64,000 nt of DNA from Candidatus Versatilivorator sp. (GTDB taxonomy: Bacteria; Acidobacteriota; Terriglobia; Versatilivoradales; Versatilivoraceae): contig OZ242296.1 in assembly GCA_965207735.1 (NCBI GenBank), positions 672,001 to 736,000 on the forward strand, in the 5' to 3' direction. The notes beneath the pieces were generated by a model. The model saw nothing but the letters and a program-made list of their open reading frames with translations. It was not told where the DNA came from and did no database searches. This document shows, piece by piece, positions 20,907 through 31,415 of the stretch. The position numbers and the translations under genes are program-made. How positions within the stretch are numbered: the stretch's first letter is position 1; each line of letters begins with the position of its first letter.

Positions 20907-22509
20907 CTAGCCAGGGGATTGCGGAAAAAGCGCGGTTGAGGCTCAGAAGACCTTCAGCCAACAGGCCGGAGGTCCAACCGAGCAGCCAGGCGGTCTGCGG
21001 GGACAGACCGGCCCAGGCCAGATAGGAAAATCCCAAGGGTATGATCATGGCGACCAGGGGAATGACCAGCACATTGAGGAAGATCACGGGCAGCACCACC
21101 CGGTGGAAATAGACCGTTAGCGGAATCAGGAGCACCGCCTGAATGGCGATGGAAACCAGGAAAATATCCACAAGGCCCAAGGCGAGCTTGTAGGGCCAGG
21201 CAATCAGACCGAGGCGGATGGCCGGTCGAGTAATGCCCACAAACTCCCCCAATCTGGAGCCGCGGAGTCGCAAGCCAACCCGCCAGGCGGCCAGTCGGGG
21301 GGGGAAGTTGCGATCCAGATGGACGGATTCCAAAGACCCGAGAGCCTCCTTGTAAGGCTGAGTGGTGCGGCGCAGCAGAGGAAGGCCCATCGCGGCGATC
21401 GCCAGCGCGGCCGAGAAGGAGAGCTGGAACCCCGAGTCGTGCAGCCATCCGGGATTTTTCAGGAGAATCCACCAGGCCGCCAGGCACAAAGAGTGAAGCA
21501 GGTTGCGGTCCCGGTCGAAATAGAGAGCCGTCAGGAACAGACAACCCATGACCGAGGCTCGTTCAATGGCAACCTGTCCCTCGGCCACCAGGTTGTAAAG
21601 GGCGATCGCTCCCATGGTCAAGGTCAGGACCAACCAGCGTGGAAGCCCCAGTCGTTTGAGCAAGGCAAAGACCATGGCAATCATCATCCCGACATGCAGT
21701 CCCGAAACCACCAGTACGTGGTAGAGTCCGTTCAGTCGAAAACGGGACTCGGTTTCCTCCCCAAGGTCGCTGTCGTCTCCGAGCAGGACGGCTTTCAGAA
21801 CGGCCCTGGCCGGGTCGGATGCCGGAAGCGCATCCAGTGCACGAAAACAGCCTTGTCGCATGCGGTTGCCAAGAGCCTGCCAGGACCATTCCTCTTGCCG
21901 GGTGAGACAGGTCAGCAGGAGCGGATCCTTCAAATTTCCAGTCAGGAAGATGCCCCGAAGTTCCAGGTAGGACCGGTAGTCGAACTGCCCCGGATTGTTG
22001 AAATTCTCCGGTCTTCGAAGATAGGCAAGGAACTCGACCCGGTCGCCCGCCTGCGGGGGTGGCGAAGAGTCCAGAGCAATGTCCGGCGAGTTGAGGTGAA
22101 GCCGGATCTTTCCACGGGTCTCAAAGCCTGCGAACCGGTTTGCCAGGTGGTGGACTTCCACCTCCAGTCGGATGCCGTGGCCCTTTCCTTCCGAAACTCG
22201 AGCGCAAATTCCCCTCACCCGACAGGGAGCCGTCAGGTCAAGCGCATCGGATCGGACCAGGGTTCGAAGGTGGTTGGGATCGAACTGGAGTTGGTGGATG
22301 GATGTCCAGGCCAATCCCGACAGGCCAAAGGCCAGGAGCAGGACGATCCGGCAGCTCCAGTCTCTGTCCTTGACCCAGAGAATCCATGAGAGGCACAGCG
22401 CCAGAGCACCGGCAGCCCATAGGAATTCCGGGGAGCTGGTGACCTGGGCATGAGCGGCAACACCCAGGCAGAAAGCCACCGTCGGCAACAGAAGTGGAGT
22501 GTGCAACAT
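20907..22509 (-). pseudogene. comEC: comEC/Rec2 5' fragment (OB-like and competence domains)
   Basis: NPGQFDY, GLYHVLVVSGLHVG, GFQLSF. Removing the IS and one CTAG gives ...AIPW-LGFSLPQVP..., an 870-aa ORF. Confidence 0.9.
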
Positions 22510-22660
22510 CCCTGAGATTTGCCGGATCGTGCTGTCTGGGAGAGGGAGGACCCCGGGGGACAGCCGCGAGAGAATTTTGCTATGATCGGCTCAGGCACCG
22601 GCAGCCAATCCGGAGGCCCGGCCGCCCGATCGGTTCGGGTCCAACGAGGGAGGAGGGTCT

Positions 22661-23077
22661 ATTTCACACCGAGTCACCAAGCACATCGATTTCTGCTACG
22701 GCCACCGCCTGCTCAACTACGAGGGAAAATGTCGCCATCTCCACGGCCACAACGGCAGAGTTGAAGTGGAGGTTGTCAGCCGGCATCTCGACCACCGCGG
22801 CATGGTGGTGGATTTTGGCGACATCAACCAGGTCATCAAGACCTGGATCGATGCCGAACTGGATCACAAGATGCTTCTGCATCGGGAGGATCCCCTGGTC
22901 GCCGTGCTTCGCGAGCATCGACAACCCTGTTACCTGATGGACGCCAACCCCACTGCCGAGAACATCGCCAAGGTCATCTACGACTATGCGCATACCCAAG
23001 GACTGCAGGTGGCGGAAGTCAGGCTCTGGGAAACGCCCAATTCCTTCGCTTCCTATTTTCGACCGTCGACGCCTTGA
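22661..23077 (+). CDS. queD: 6-carboxytetrahydropterin synthase (PTPS family), probable ATT start
   Basis: Frame reads (ATT)SHRVTKHIDFCYGHRLLNYEGKCRHLHGHN...GMVVDFG...NPTAENIA...ETP. RBS GGGAGGAGG at 22648-22656; in-frame TGA upstream at 22583. Confidence 0.85.
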   Translation: MSHRVTKHIDFCYGHRLLNYEGKCRHLHGHNGRVEVEVVSRHLDHRGMVVDFGDINQVIKTWIDAELDHKMLLHREDPLVAVLREHRQPCYLMDANPTAENIAKVIYDYAHTQGLQVAEVRLWETPNSFASYFRPSTP

Positions 23078-23139
23078 GGTTGGGGAACTGAACCAATAAC
23101 ACCTTGCCCTTGAATATTCAGTGACCCGGAGGGTGCGGG

Positions 23140-24432
23140 CTACGGCTGCAGGAGATCGATCTTCGGAAAGAGCACTCCGGAAAAGGCCAGCCAAGCTGCC
23201 AGCAGGGTGAGCGCAATGTTCAGCGTCTGACCGGACCAGTAGAGCAGCAACGGACGGCCCCCGGCCATCTGTCGCGTCAGTGCGCGAAAGTTGGAATCCA
23301 GACCGATACAAAGGAATGCCAGGCAGAACAGCCAGGTACGGATCGCCTTGGATGCCTGCAGGGACCGGTCGACCGGCTCGGATCCCAGCAAGGGTACCAG
23401 CACCAGCGAGACCACACAGGAGGCCGCGATGAAACCCAGGACGAACTTGGGAAACCGATTCCAGATTTCCATTGCTCCGGGTCGCGCTCCCTCATTGGGC
23501 TCCACGCGTGTGACCCAGTAGAGGGCGATCAAGAGGGCTACCAGGCCGATGGAAGCGTTTTGAATCATCTTGATCACCGCGGCCGTCTGCATGGCCTGAT
23601 CGCCCAACATCTGTCCGGCGGCCACCACCGCGCCGGTGGAGTCGATGGTCCCACCCAGCCAGGCGCCGGCCACAATCCTGTCCAGGCCCATCCAGCGGCA
23701 GACCAGCGGCATGAATACCATCATCAGAACGGTGAAGATCAATGTCATGGCCACGGCCAGGGTCAGCTCCTCTTTCTTGGCCTTGCTGGCTCCGGCCGCG
23801 GCAATGGCGGCGGAGACTCCACAGACTGAAGTGGCCGCGGCGATGGTGACGGTGAAGGACGGCGCCAGTTTCAGTCGGCGGTAACCGAACCAGAACATGG
23901 AAATCAGGACGACGGGAGTCACTCCCCAGGCTACGATGATCCCGTACCGGCCGAGAGCGAGGATGTTGCCGAAAACGATCTCGGCGCCCAGAATCACCAG
24001 CCCGGTCTTGATGAAGAGTTCCGAGCGCACCGCGGGTTTCAACCAGCCGGGAACTCCCAGCAGATTGCTCCAGGCCAGTCCGATCAGAAGCGCCCACAGG
24101 GCATAGCTCAGGCCGTAAGCCGCCAGGGTACGGTTCCCGGCGACCAGAAAACTGAGAAGGGCCAGGCAGAAGAGGATTGGGAAGCCGACCGCGAAACGGC
24201 TGGCTTGGCGGTGGATGGCCCCCACTGCCAGGAGACTCAATCCTCCAAGCCCAATCATCAAAAGGAGCAATGGCGCCGCCTGTGCCGAGGCCAGGACCTC
24301 ACCGAGCGTCGACCACTTGGGGATTTCGGGAACCCCCGAGACCACTCCCAGAAATACCGACCCCAACAGCAGGAATCCAATCCAGACGGCCCACCAGTCC
24401 TCAAGAGTAACCAGCTTTTTCCAGCTCCCCAT
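23140..24432 (-). CDS. YeiH/putative sulfate exporter family membrane protein
   Basis: Multi-TM; EDWWAVWIG, IKTGLVILG, SVCGVSAAIA, GGTIDSTGAVVAAG, RFPKFVLGF. Confidence 0.85.
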   Translation of the reverse strand: MGSWKKLVTLEDWWAVWIGFLLLGSVFLGVVSGVPEIPKWSTLGEVLASAQAAPLLLLMIGLGGLSLLAVGAIHRQASRFAVGFPILFCLALLSFLVAGNRTLAAYGLSYALWALLIGLAWSNLLGVPGWLKPAVRSELFIKTGLVILGAEIVFGNILALGRYGIIVAWGVTPVVLISMFWFGYRRLKLAPSFTVTIAAATSVCGVSAAIAAAGASKAKKEELTLAVAMTLIFTVLMMVFMPLVCRWMGLDRIVAGAWLGGTIDSTGAVVAAGQMLGDQAMQTAAVIKMIQNASIGLVALLIALYWVTRVEPNEGARPGAMEIWNRFPKFVLGFIAASCVVSLVLVPLLGSEPVDRSLQASKAIRTWLFCLAFLCIGLDSNFRALTRQMAGGRPLLLYWSGQTLNIALTLLAAWLAFSGVLFPKIDLLQP

Positions 24433-24435
24433 GGG

Positions 24436-25236
24436 TTACTCCATCTTGGGTTTGGGTCCGTAGTGGTTGAAAGAGGGAATCAGCGGACCGGCGGTAATGC
24501 CGCCATCGACCGAAATCACCTGGCCGGTGATCCAATCGGTATCGGGACTGGCCAGAAACACTGCCGTTCTAGCGACGTCGTGGGGTGTCCCGAATCGGCC
24601 TAGCGGAGTGTATTGCATCCAGGCCTTGTAGAGCGCCGAGTCCGTGGCAGGCGGAGGGTCCTTGGGAACCGGGACGGCTCCCGGGGCAATGCAGTTGATC
24701 TGGATATTCCATTCGGACAGGTCAAAGGCTGCCCCTCGGGTAAAGTTGATGATGCCGGCCTTGGTGGCTTCGTAGAGCGATCCCTGATGCGTGCCGCCGA
24801 GGCCGTGGACGGAAGACATGGTCACGATCTTGCCGCGCCCCCGCGCGGCCATGAGCCGGGCTCCTTCTCTGACTGTCAGGTAGGTGCCGATCAGATTGGT
24901 CCGAATGACCCGCTCAAAATCGTCAAGGGTGGAATCGAGCAGTGGTCTGGAAACTCCGATCCCCGCGTTGGCCACCAGGATATCCACACGGCCGAAACGG
25001 TCCCGGGTGGCTTCGAACAAGCTCTTCACCTGGGCTTCGTCCGAGACGTCGGTGCTAACGACTTCGGCCCGGCGGCCCAGGGCGGTCACCTTGGACGCCG
25101 TCTTCTCCGCTTCCGCCCGGTCGCTACGATAGACCACCACGCAGTCTGCGCCCTCGGCGGCGAAAGCCTCGCAGATGCCGGTTCCCAGGCCGCCGGAGGC
25201 GCCGGTCACTACAGCCACCTTGTTCTTGAGTCGCAT
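24436..25236 (-). CDS. SDR family oxidoreductase
   Basis: TGASGGLG, ANAG, YEATK, ITGQVISVDGG. Confidence 0.92.
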   Translation of the reverse strand: MRLKNKVAVVTGASGGLGTGICEAFAAEGADCVVVYRSDRAEAEKTASKVTALGRRAEVVSTDVSDEAQVKSLFEATRDRFGRVDILVANAGIGVSRPLLDSTLDDFERVIRTNLIGTYLTVREGARLMAARGRGKIVTMSSVHGLGGTHQGSLYEATKAGIINFTRGAAFDLSEWNIQINCIAPGAVPVPKDPPPATDSALYKAWMQYTPLGRFGTPHDVARTAVFLASPDTDWITGQVISVDGGITAGPLIPSFNHYGPKPKME

Positions 25237-25251
25237 CCTGCCTCCTTAAAT

Positions 25252-26154
25252 TCAGGTCTGGCCGATCCAGGAAGCCTCCGCCACCTCTTTCCAGCGCTTG
25301 CGGATCGCCACGAATTGACGGGAGGGCAGGGGACCGGCTTCGAGCAGGGTGGCGTTTTGCCGCCACCGTCCCGGCGTCAGCGTTCCCACGATGGCCGTAT
25401 GTACGCCCGGGGCGCTCAGGGTGAAGCGCAGCGCCGTCGAAATGGAAGTATCCAGGGAGTCTTTGATGAAGGGATAGTCCAGCCGCTGCAAGCGATCCCA
25501 GTAGGTATGGTGATAGGAATTCACCGGCTTCCGTCCGATTCTCCAGGCCGCATTGGCCAGGGGCCGCTTGGCGATTACGCCGAGCGGTTGCTCGCGTGCC
25601 AGGGGAAGGGCCAGGTCCAGCGCTTCCTGATCGGCGATGCTGATGGAAGTCTGCAAGCAATCGAAGGCTCGGCATTGGGCGGCGAAATAGGCTGCCCGGC
25701 TGTCGCCGCTATAGCCGATGTAGCGGCAATAGCCGCGCTCCCGGGCTCGCTGCAAGGTCTCGATCACCGTTCCCTTGAGCAGTTCCTCTTCGGAACAACT
25801 GTGCAGCTGGATCAGATCCAGCCTGTCGGTCCGCAGTCGCCGCAGGCTGCGTTGGATACTGCGCAACAAGGAGTCCGGCCGCCAGTCTTCTTCCGGCATT
25901 CCGTCCGGATGGCCGCACTTGGTGAACAGGTAGAAATCCCGGCGGCGTCCCGAAACGGCCCGTCCGATAAGCTCCTCGCTGGCTCCGTAGCACTCGCCGG
26001 TGTCGATCAGATTCAATCCCTCGTCCAAAGCGGCATTGAGCAGGCGGGTCACCGTGCTCAAGGATGCCCCGGGACCTTCCAGGCCGATTTCGGCGCCCCC
26101 GAAACCGAGGATGCTGACCTCCATGTCGGTATTGCCCAGTCGTCTGGTTTCCAT
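25252..26154 (-). CDS. Aldo/keto reductase
   Basis: RRLGNTDMEVSILGFG, IDTGECYG.SEELIG, SLRRLRTDRLDLIQLH. Confidence 0.92.
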   Translation of the reverse strand: METRRLGNTDMEVSILGFGGAEIGLEGPGASLSTVTRLLNAALDEGLNLIDTGECYGASEELIGRAVSGRRRDFYLFTKCGHPDGMPEEDWRPDSLLRSIQRSLRRLRTDRLDLIQLHSCSEEELLKGTVIETLQRARERGYCRYIGYSGDSRAAYFAAQCRAFDCLQTSISIADQEALDLALPLAREQPLGVIAKRPLANAAWRIGRKPVNSYHHTYWDRLQRLDYPFIKDSLDTSISTALRFTLSAPGVHTAIVGTLTPGRWRQNATLLEAGPLPSRQFVAIRKRWKEVAEASWIGQT

Positions 26155-26260
26155 TTCCTCTCCTCATCCCGCCAAGGTTTGAATAGGCTATCACAAGGCC
26201 CGGAACCCTGAGGATCGGGAATTCGGGGTCGTGTGTCCCGGAGAACTCCGTCAGGTCGAC

Positions 26261-28237
26261 TCAGCCGCTGAGCAAAAGCGTTTCTGCCAGCTCCAGCGAT
26301 TCCGGGGTCCCGTAGAGCACCAGAACATCGTCTTGCTTCAACACCGTGTCGGCGGTCGGCTGACGCCCGACGATCCCTTGCCGGCGGATTGCGGTGATCA
26401 GAACTCCCGAATCGGGCAGGCGCAGTTCCGACAGCGAGCGATCCACCGCGGCGGCACCCTCCGGGAGGGTCACGGTCTGCAGTTGTTCCCGAAAGGCATG
26501 GGACTCGTCCAGCACTTGGGCGTCTTCCTTGCGGAAGATATTGCGGAGCATGGTATAGCGGTGGCCCCTGATGTTGGCCACTTTGTGCACAATTCGGGAG
26601 ATGGGCACGTTCAGCAGAAGCAATAGGTGGGAAGCCAGCATCAGCGCGGCTTCCAGGGACTCCGGGACGATTTCGGTGGCGCCGGCTTTCTGAAGGCTGT
26701 CCAGTTCCGTATCGTCACGTGTGCGAACCAGGACCGGGACCTCCGGACATCGCTCCTTTGCCGTCCTGACGATCTTGAGAGCGCCCAGGCTGTCGGGGAC
26801 GCTGATTACCACAACGCTGGCATTGACCAGGCCGACGCTCTCCAGGACATCCCGTTGAGAGGCATCGCCATAGTGAACGGGGTCGCCCGCTTGCCGGGCC
26901 ACGCTCACTCGGTAGGGATCGAGATCCAGGGCAATGTACTCGAACCCCTCCTGCTCGAGGATGCGGGCCAGGTTCTGGCCCACCCTGCCGTAACCGCAGA
27001 TAATGACGTGGCGCCGTTTGGCTACCGCCAGGGTGGCATCGCGTTGGAGGGCCAATCGATGGGGTTCGGAATCTTTTCCGGAAACAAGCCATTCGGCTAT
27101 GGTCCGATTGTGACGGATCAACAGGGGACTCAGGACCATGCTGATGACCACGCCCGCCAGCAGCGCCTGGGCGATGGCCGGGTCCAGCACCTTCTCCTGC
27201 AGTGCCAGCGCCAACAGCGCGATGCCGAATTCGCCCCCTTGAGCCAGAACCAGTCCCGCCCGAAGCGACGCCTGCCAACTACCGAGGAAAAAACGGGATA
27301 ACATCATTATAATCAGTCCTTTTACAAGTCCAAGAGCCAATACCAGCAAGCTCACCAAGGCAACTTGGTCGGCAAGAACTGAAAAATCCAGCAGGGTCCC
27401 GATGACGATGAAAAACAAGCCGAGCAGGACGTCCCGAAAGGGCCGAATGTCGGCTTCAACCTGGTGGCGATACTCGGTCTCGGACAGCATCAGGCCGGCA
27501 AGGAATCCTCCGACGGCAAGCGACATCCCGACGGCATGCATGAACCATGCCGCTCCCAGTACAATCAACAACAGGGCCAGGGTGAAGAGCTCGGGGCTGC
27601 GCCGATGGGCGACTTCGTGGAAGAGAGGCCGCAGCAACCGGTGGCCCACCGCCAAGACGATGACCAGCGCCGCTATGGCTTCCACCAACGCCAACAGGAT
27701 CTGGACGGATAATAATTGATCGCCCTGGGCAGCCAGGGAGATCAGGATGAGGAAGACGATGACCGCCATATCCTGGAACAGGAGAGTAGCTACCGCACAG
27801 CGGCCGTGGCTTTGATCCAGCTCCAGTTGCTCACGGAGTTGCTTGATCACGATCACGGTCGAGGACATGGCCACCGCGCCTCCCAGGATGACTGCCGAGG
27901 GCAGTGGGACCGCCGCCCAGGAGGCCGTCGCCGCGGCCACAAAGGATGTCACCAGAACCTGGGCTCCCCCCAGTCCGACCATTTGCCAGCGCATGGCGGC
28001 CAATCGGGGCAAGGAGAATTCGAGCCCCAGGGTAAAGAGCAGGAAAACGACCCCGAACTCCGCCAGAAAACTCGTTTCGCCAGTAGTGGAAAACAGTCCA
28101 AACGCCCGGGGACCCAGGAGCATGCCCACCAGGATGTATCCCGGCGCCGGCGGAAGCTCCAGACGCCTGAACACCGTCACCACCAACACGGCCGACGCAA
28201 GCAGCAAAAGAATGTTCGCCAGGCTCAATTCATTCAT
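26261..28237 (-). CDS. CPA2 (Kef-like) cation:proton antiporter with TrkA-N and TrkA-C domains
   Basis: AEFGVVFLLFTLGLEFS, FRDVLLGLFF, LAQGGEF, IICGYGRVG, YGDAS. Confidence 0.92.
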   Translation of the reverse strand: MNELSLANILLLLASAVLVVTVFRRLELPPAPGYILVGMLLGPRAFGLFSTTGETSFLAEFGVVFLLFTLGLEFSLPRLAAMRWQMVGLGGAQVLVTSFVAAATASWAAVPLPSAVILGGAVAMSSTVIVIKQLREQLELDQSHGRCAVATLLFQDMAVIVFLILISLAAQGDQLLSVQILLALVEAIAALVIVLAVGHRLLRPLFHEVAHRRSPELFTLALLLIVLGAAWFMHAVGMSLAVGGFLAGLMLSETEYRHQVEADIRPFRDVLLGLFFIVIGTLLDFSVLADQVALVSLLVLALGLVKGLIIMMLSRFFLGSWQASLRAGLVLAQGGEFGIALLALALQEKVLDPAIAQALLAGVVISMVLSPLLIRHNRTIAEWLVSGKDSEPHRLALQRDATLAVAKRRHVIICGYGRVGQNLARILEQEGFEYIALDLDPYRVSVARQAGDPVHYGDASQRDVLESVGLVNASVVVISVPDSLGALKIVRTAKERCPEVPVLVRTRDDTELDSLQKAGATEIVPESLEAALMLASHLLLLLNVPISRIVHKVANIRGHRYTMLRNIFRKEDAQVLDESHAFREQLQTVTLPEGAAAVDRSLSELRLPDSGVLITAIRRQGIVGRQPTADTVLKQDDVLVLYGTPESLELAETLLLSG

Positions 28238-28519
28238 GGTTCAAGGCGGATTTCGAAATCTGCAGGCATGTGGTCTCGGAGCACAGCCTGGAGCGAGGCC
28301 TGCCGGATCCTAGGTCCGCCAATCAACGAAGGGGAAAAAGACTCCCACCAAGGGGCACGTAGAAGCGCACAGGAAGACGAAGGGACTGATTGAGGGTTTG
28401 ACTGTTGGAGGAGTCGGTGGGTTCAAAGGGACATGACTCGGCATGGCAGGACTCGATCGCCTGCAAAGAATCGCTGCAGCCGGGGGGCGGCCGTCACCAG
28501 ACTCGATGGGGACAATTTC

Positions 28520-28660
28520 CTAACGGTCCCGGAAACCTGTGGATCGAATGCGTCGAAACACCCAATAGGCGACCAACACCAGCCCTGCTGCCAGAACCCA
28601 TTCGAAGTGAGCGTGAGGAATGTCATTGAGCGCGTGCGCCGTTAGAATCAGGGCCTTCAT
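28520..28660 (-). CDS. Putative 46-aa single-TM small protein
   Basis: MKALILTAHALNDIPHAHFEWVLAAGLVLVAYWVFRRIRSTGFRDR*; GGAG about 10 nt upstream; TM helix followed by a basic tail. Confidence 0.55.
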   Translation of the reverse strand: MKALILTAHALNDIPHAHFEWVLAAGLVLVAYWVFRRIRSTGFRDR

Positions 28661-28963
28661 GGTTTGGTTTTCTCCGTTCTTCAAGTGAACCCGACCGAAA
28701 ACCCATTATATATCGAGTTACAGTGGAAAGGGTTCATACCATTTTGGGTGGCTGTGAAAGACGCGCTTCAGAAAGAGTGGTCGTTTCCGGTCCTCCAGGC
28801 AGAACGGCCGATAAGATATCTTATGTAAACTTTTATTAAAACGCGCAGACAGTGGGGTCAGCCGGGGAATTTTCGGGGAATCCGGGTTCCCTGCCGAGCG
28901 GGTCAGGTACCTCGCGAGAAGATGCTGGAGATTAATCGACTTCGATAATGTATCCATCCACCC

Positions 28964-28978
28964 GGTGAGAAATGCGGG
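28964..28978 (-). repeat. Solo IS1380-type TIR (empty intron target)
   Basis: GGTGAGAAATGCGGG, identical to the reconstituted IS end. Confidence 0.75.
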
Positions 28979-29057
28979 ATAAAATGGAAATGGCTCGAGG
29001 TTGGTGGAATGCGCCAGCCGCTCCGATCAACGTTGAAACTGTTGCCAGGCGTTCGGA

Positions 29058-31400
29058 ATGAGAATTCTCCGACAGTCGATTTTTTTGGAAGTCGCCGGCT
29101 CCTTCGGTCTGGGTAGCCTGGTGTTCAGCGCTGTCCTGCTGACCAACGAAGTGTCTCGACGGCTAATGGAAACCCTGGTTCAGGAGAACATCACCCTGGA
29201 GGAGGCCGGTCTCCTCTTCCTCTGCATCCTGCCCAAGGTGCTCACCTTCTCCATTCCCATGTCGGCCTTGTTGGGCATTCTCATCTGTTTCGGACGCCTT
29301 TCGGCCGACAGTGAAATTACCGCCATGCGATCTTCCGGCATCGGTCTGAGGAACCTGGTGTGGCCGGTATTGGTCTTCTCGGCGGTAGTGGGCACGGTGG
29401 CCCTGTTGAATTCCAACCTGTGGTCTCCCAGGGCCAATCACCGCCTGATATCGATCAAGGATGATATTGCGCTCAAGTCGCTCAACACCGCCGTCCGTAG
29501 AGGTGTCTTCGAAGAGCGTTTTCCCGGTCGGGTGGTCTACATCATGGATACGGCCCCCGACCGGCGCTCCTGGAAGGGGATCTTCCTGGCCGAGGTCACC
29601 GAGGCCAATTGGCCCAAGGCTACCTTTGCGCGCCAAGGTAGACTGATCAGCCACCTCGGCCGGCGTGAGCTGCAGCTCAACCTTCAGCAGGGTGCGACCT
29701 ACGAGGTGGTGCCGGGAAAAGAAGGGACGGTGCGGGTCACTTCCTTTGACGACGCCACCGTTCCCCTCTACAAGGCGATGGGTGCCCCCGCGGAGGCTCC
29801 CAAGAACAAATCCATCCTGGAGATGGACACGCTTGAGCTCTACGGCAAGGTTTTTTCCGAGGTTCCTGCCGGCAGCGACCTTGATCGCAGAAAGGGGGTC
29901 ATTGAGCTCAATCGTCGACTGGCGCTGCCGCTGGCCGTCCTTGTGTTTTGCATTCTCGGGCTTCCGCTGGGCGTTGTCACCAGGAGGGGCGGCAAGTCCT
30001 TCGGGTTCGTCGTCAGCCTGGTCATCTTCCTGGTCTATTTCATTCTTTTTTCCCAGGGTCTGGCTTTTGCGGAAAGCGGCCATATCCCGGCCTTCCTGGG
30101 CCCCTGGTTGGCGAACCTGGTGTTTCTGGCGTTGGGATTGTTTCTCTTGCTGATCTCGGAGAGGCAGTTTTCCTGGGGTCGGCTGTTTCGCCCCCTGGTC
30201 AACGCGATCTGGGGCGCGACCCGGGGACTGCGCAAGGAAGCGGCCGGCGCCGACAATTCCGGCCGGAATCGGAGAAGCGGGGGGAGCGGTGTCTCCCACT
30301 TCCCTGCCGGATGGACGCTGGACAAGTACATCCTCAGCGGATTCCTGAAAATCCTGGTTCTGGTGCTTGCCGCCTTCATCGTGCTCTTCGTGCTGTTTAC
30401 CTTCTTTGAACTGCTCAGCGACATCGTCGAGCAAGGCACTTCCGGTTGGGTCGTGTTCGACTACTTCCTCTACCTGATTCCCCACATCCTGGTGCAGATG
30501 ATTCCCTTCAGCGTCCTGGTAGCCGCGCTGGTGAGCTTCAGTCTCCTGACCCGGACCTCTCAGATCGTGGCCATGAAATCCTCGGGAATCAGCCTATACC
30601 GGCTGTCCTCTTCGGTTCTGCTGACTGCCTTCCTGTTGAGCGCCGGTTCCTTCATGCTGCAGGAATATGTCCTGCCATCCGCCAACCAGAAGCAGGACGA
30701 CTTGCGGCGCGTCATCAAGGGACGCAATCCTCAGACCATACGTCCCACCCTCAAGTGGATGATGGGCGAGCGGGACCGCATCTTCCACTACAATTTCTTC
30801 GATGATCAGCTCAACGTTTTCAATCGGATTTCGGTGTTCGACTTCGATCCGCGGACCCTTGCGGTCACCCGGATGGTCTTTGCCGAGAAAGCCTGGTGGG
30901 ACCCAACCCGCTCGGGATGGGTTTTCGAGGGGGGCTGGGCTCAGGGTTTCAGCCACGACCGGGCACAGCAGTCCCAGTTTTTAGCGATCGACCGTAAGCT
31001 GATCGGGTCCATTGAGGAGCGTCCCGACTACTTCAAGAAGGAAGTCCGTCAGTCATCCAAGATGAGTTATCGGGAATTGGGCCGCTACATCGACGACTTG
31101 AGCCGAAGCGGGTTCGACGTGGTGAGGCTGAAGGTTGCCTGGTACGGCAAGCTGTCCTTTCCGCTGGTGAGTCTGACCATGGCCATGATCGCCATTCCCT
31201 TTGCCTTTTCCACGGGCAAGCGGGGTTCGCTCTACGGCATTGGCCTCAGCATCGTGGTTGGAATCAGCTTCTGGGTCGTGCAGGGATTCTTCGAGCAGAT
31301 CGGAAGCGCGGGCAAGCTGGAGCCGCTGCTGGCCGCCTGGGCCCCCAACCTGGTCTTCGGGGCCGGAGGCCTCTACCTGCTCTTCAACGTGCGGACGTAG
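29058..31400 (+). CDS. Fused LptF-LptG LPS export permease
   Basis: Two YjgP/YjgQ units: RLSADSEITAMRSSGI...WLAN and LTRTSQIVAMKSSGISLYR...LAAWAPN. Confidence 0.88.
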   Translation: MRILRQSIFLEVAGSFGLGSLVFSAVLLTNEVSRRLMETLVQENITLEEAGLLFLCILPKVLTFSIPMSALLGILICFGRLSADSEITAMRSSGIGLRNLVWPVLVFSAVVGTVALLNSNLWSPRANHRLISIKDDIALKSLNTAVRRGVFEERFPGRVVYIMDTAPDRRSWKGIFLAEVTEANWPKATFARQGRLISHLGRRELQLNLQQGATYEVVPGKEGTVRVTSFDDATVPLYKAMGAPAEAPKNKSILEMDTLELYGKVFSEVPAGSDLDRRKGVIELNRRLALPLAVLVFCILGLPLGVVTRRGGKSFGFVVSLVIFLVYFILFSQGLAFAESGHIPAFLGPWLANLVFLALGLFLLLISERQFSWGRLFRPLVNAIWGATRGLRKEAAGADNSGRNRRSGGSGVSHFPAGWTLDKYILSGFLKILVLVLAAFIVLFVLFTFFELLSDIVEQGTSGWVVFDYFLYLIPHILVQMIPFSVLVAALVSFSLLTRTSQIVAMKSSGISLYRLSSSVLLTAFLLSAGSFMLQEYVLPSANQKQDDLRRVIKGRNPQTIRPTLKWMMGERDRIFHYNFFDDQLNVFNRISVFDFDPRTLAVTRMVFAEKAWWDPTRSGWVFEGGWAQGFSHDRAQQSQFLAIDRKLIGSIEERPDYFKKEVRQSSKMSYRELGRYIDDLSRSGFDVVRLKVAWYGKLSFPLVSLTMAMIAIPFAFSTGKRGSLYGIGLSIVVGISFWVVQGFFEQIGSAGKLEPLLAAWAPNLVFGAGGLYLLFNVRT

Positions 31401-31415
31401 GTGGGACACCAAGTA

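Noticed and set aside
29058-31400. LptF-LptG fusion as a novelty
   Set aside because: I recall such fusions being common in Acidobacteria.
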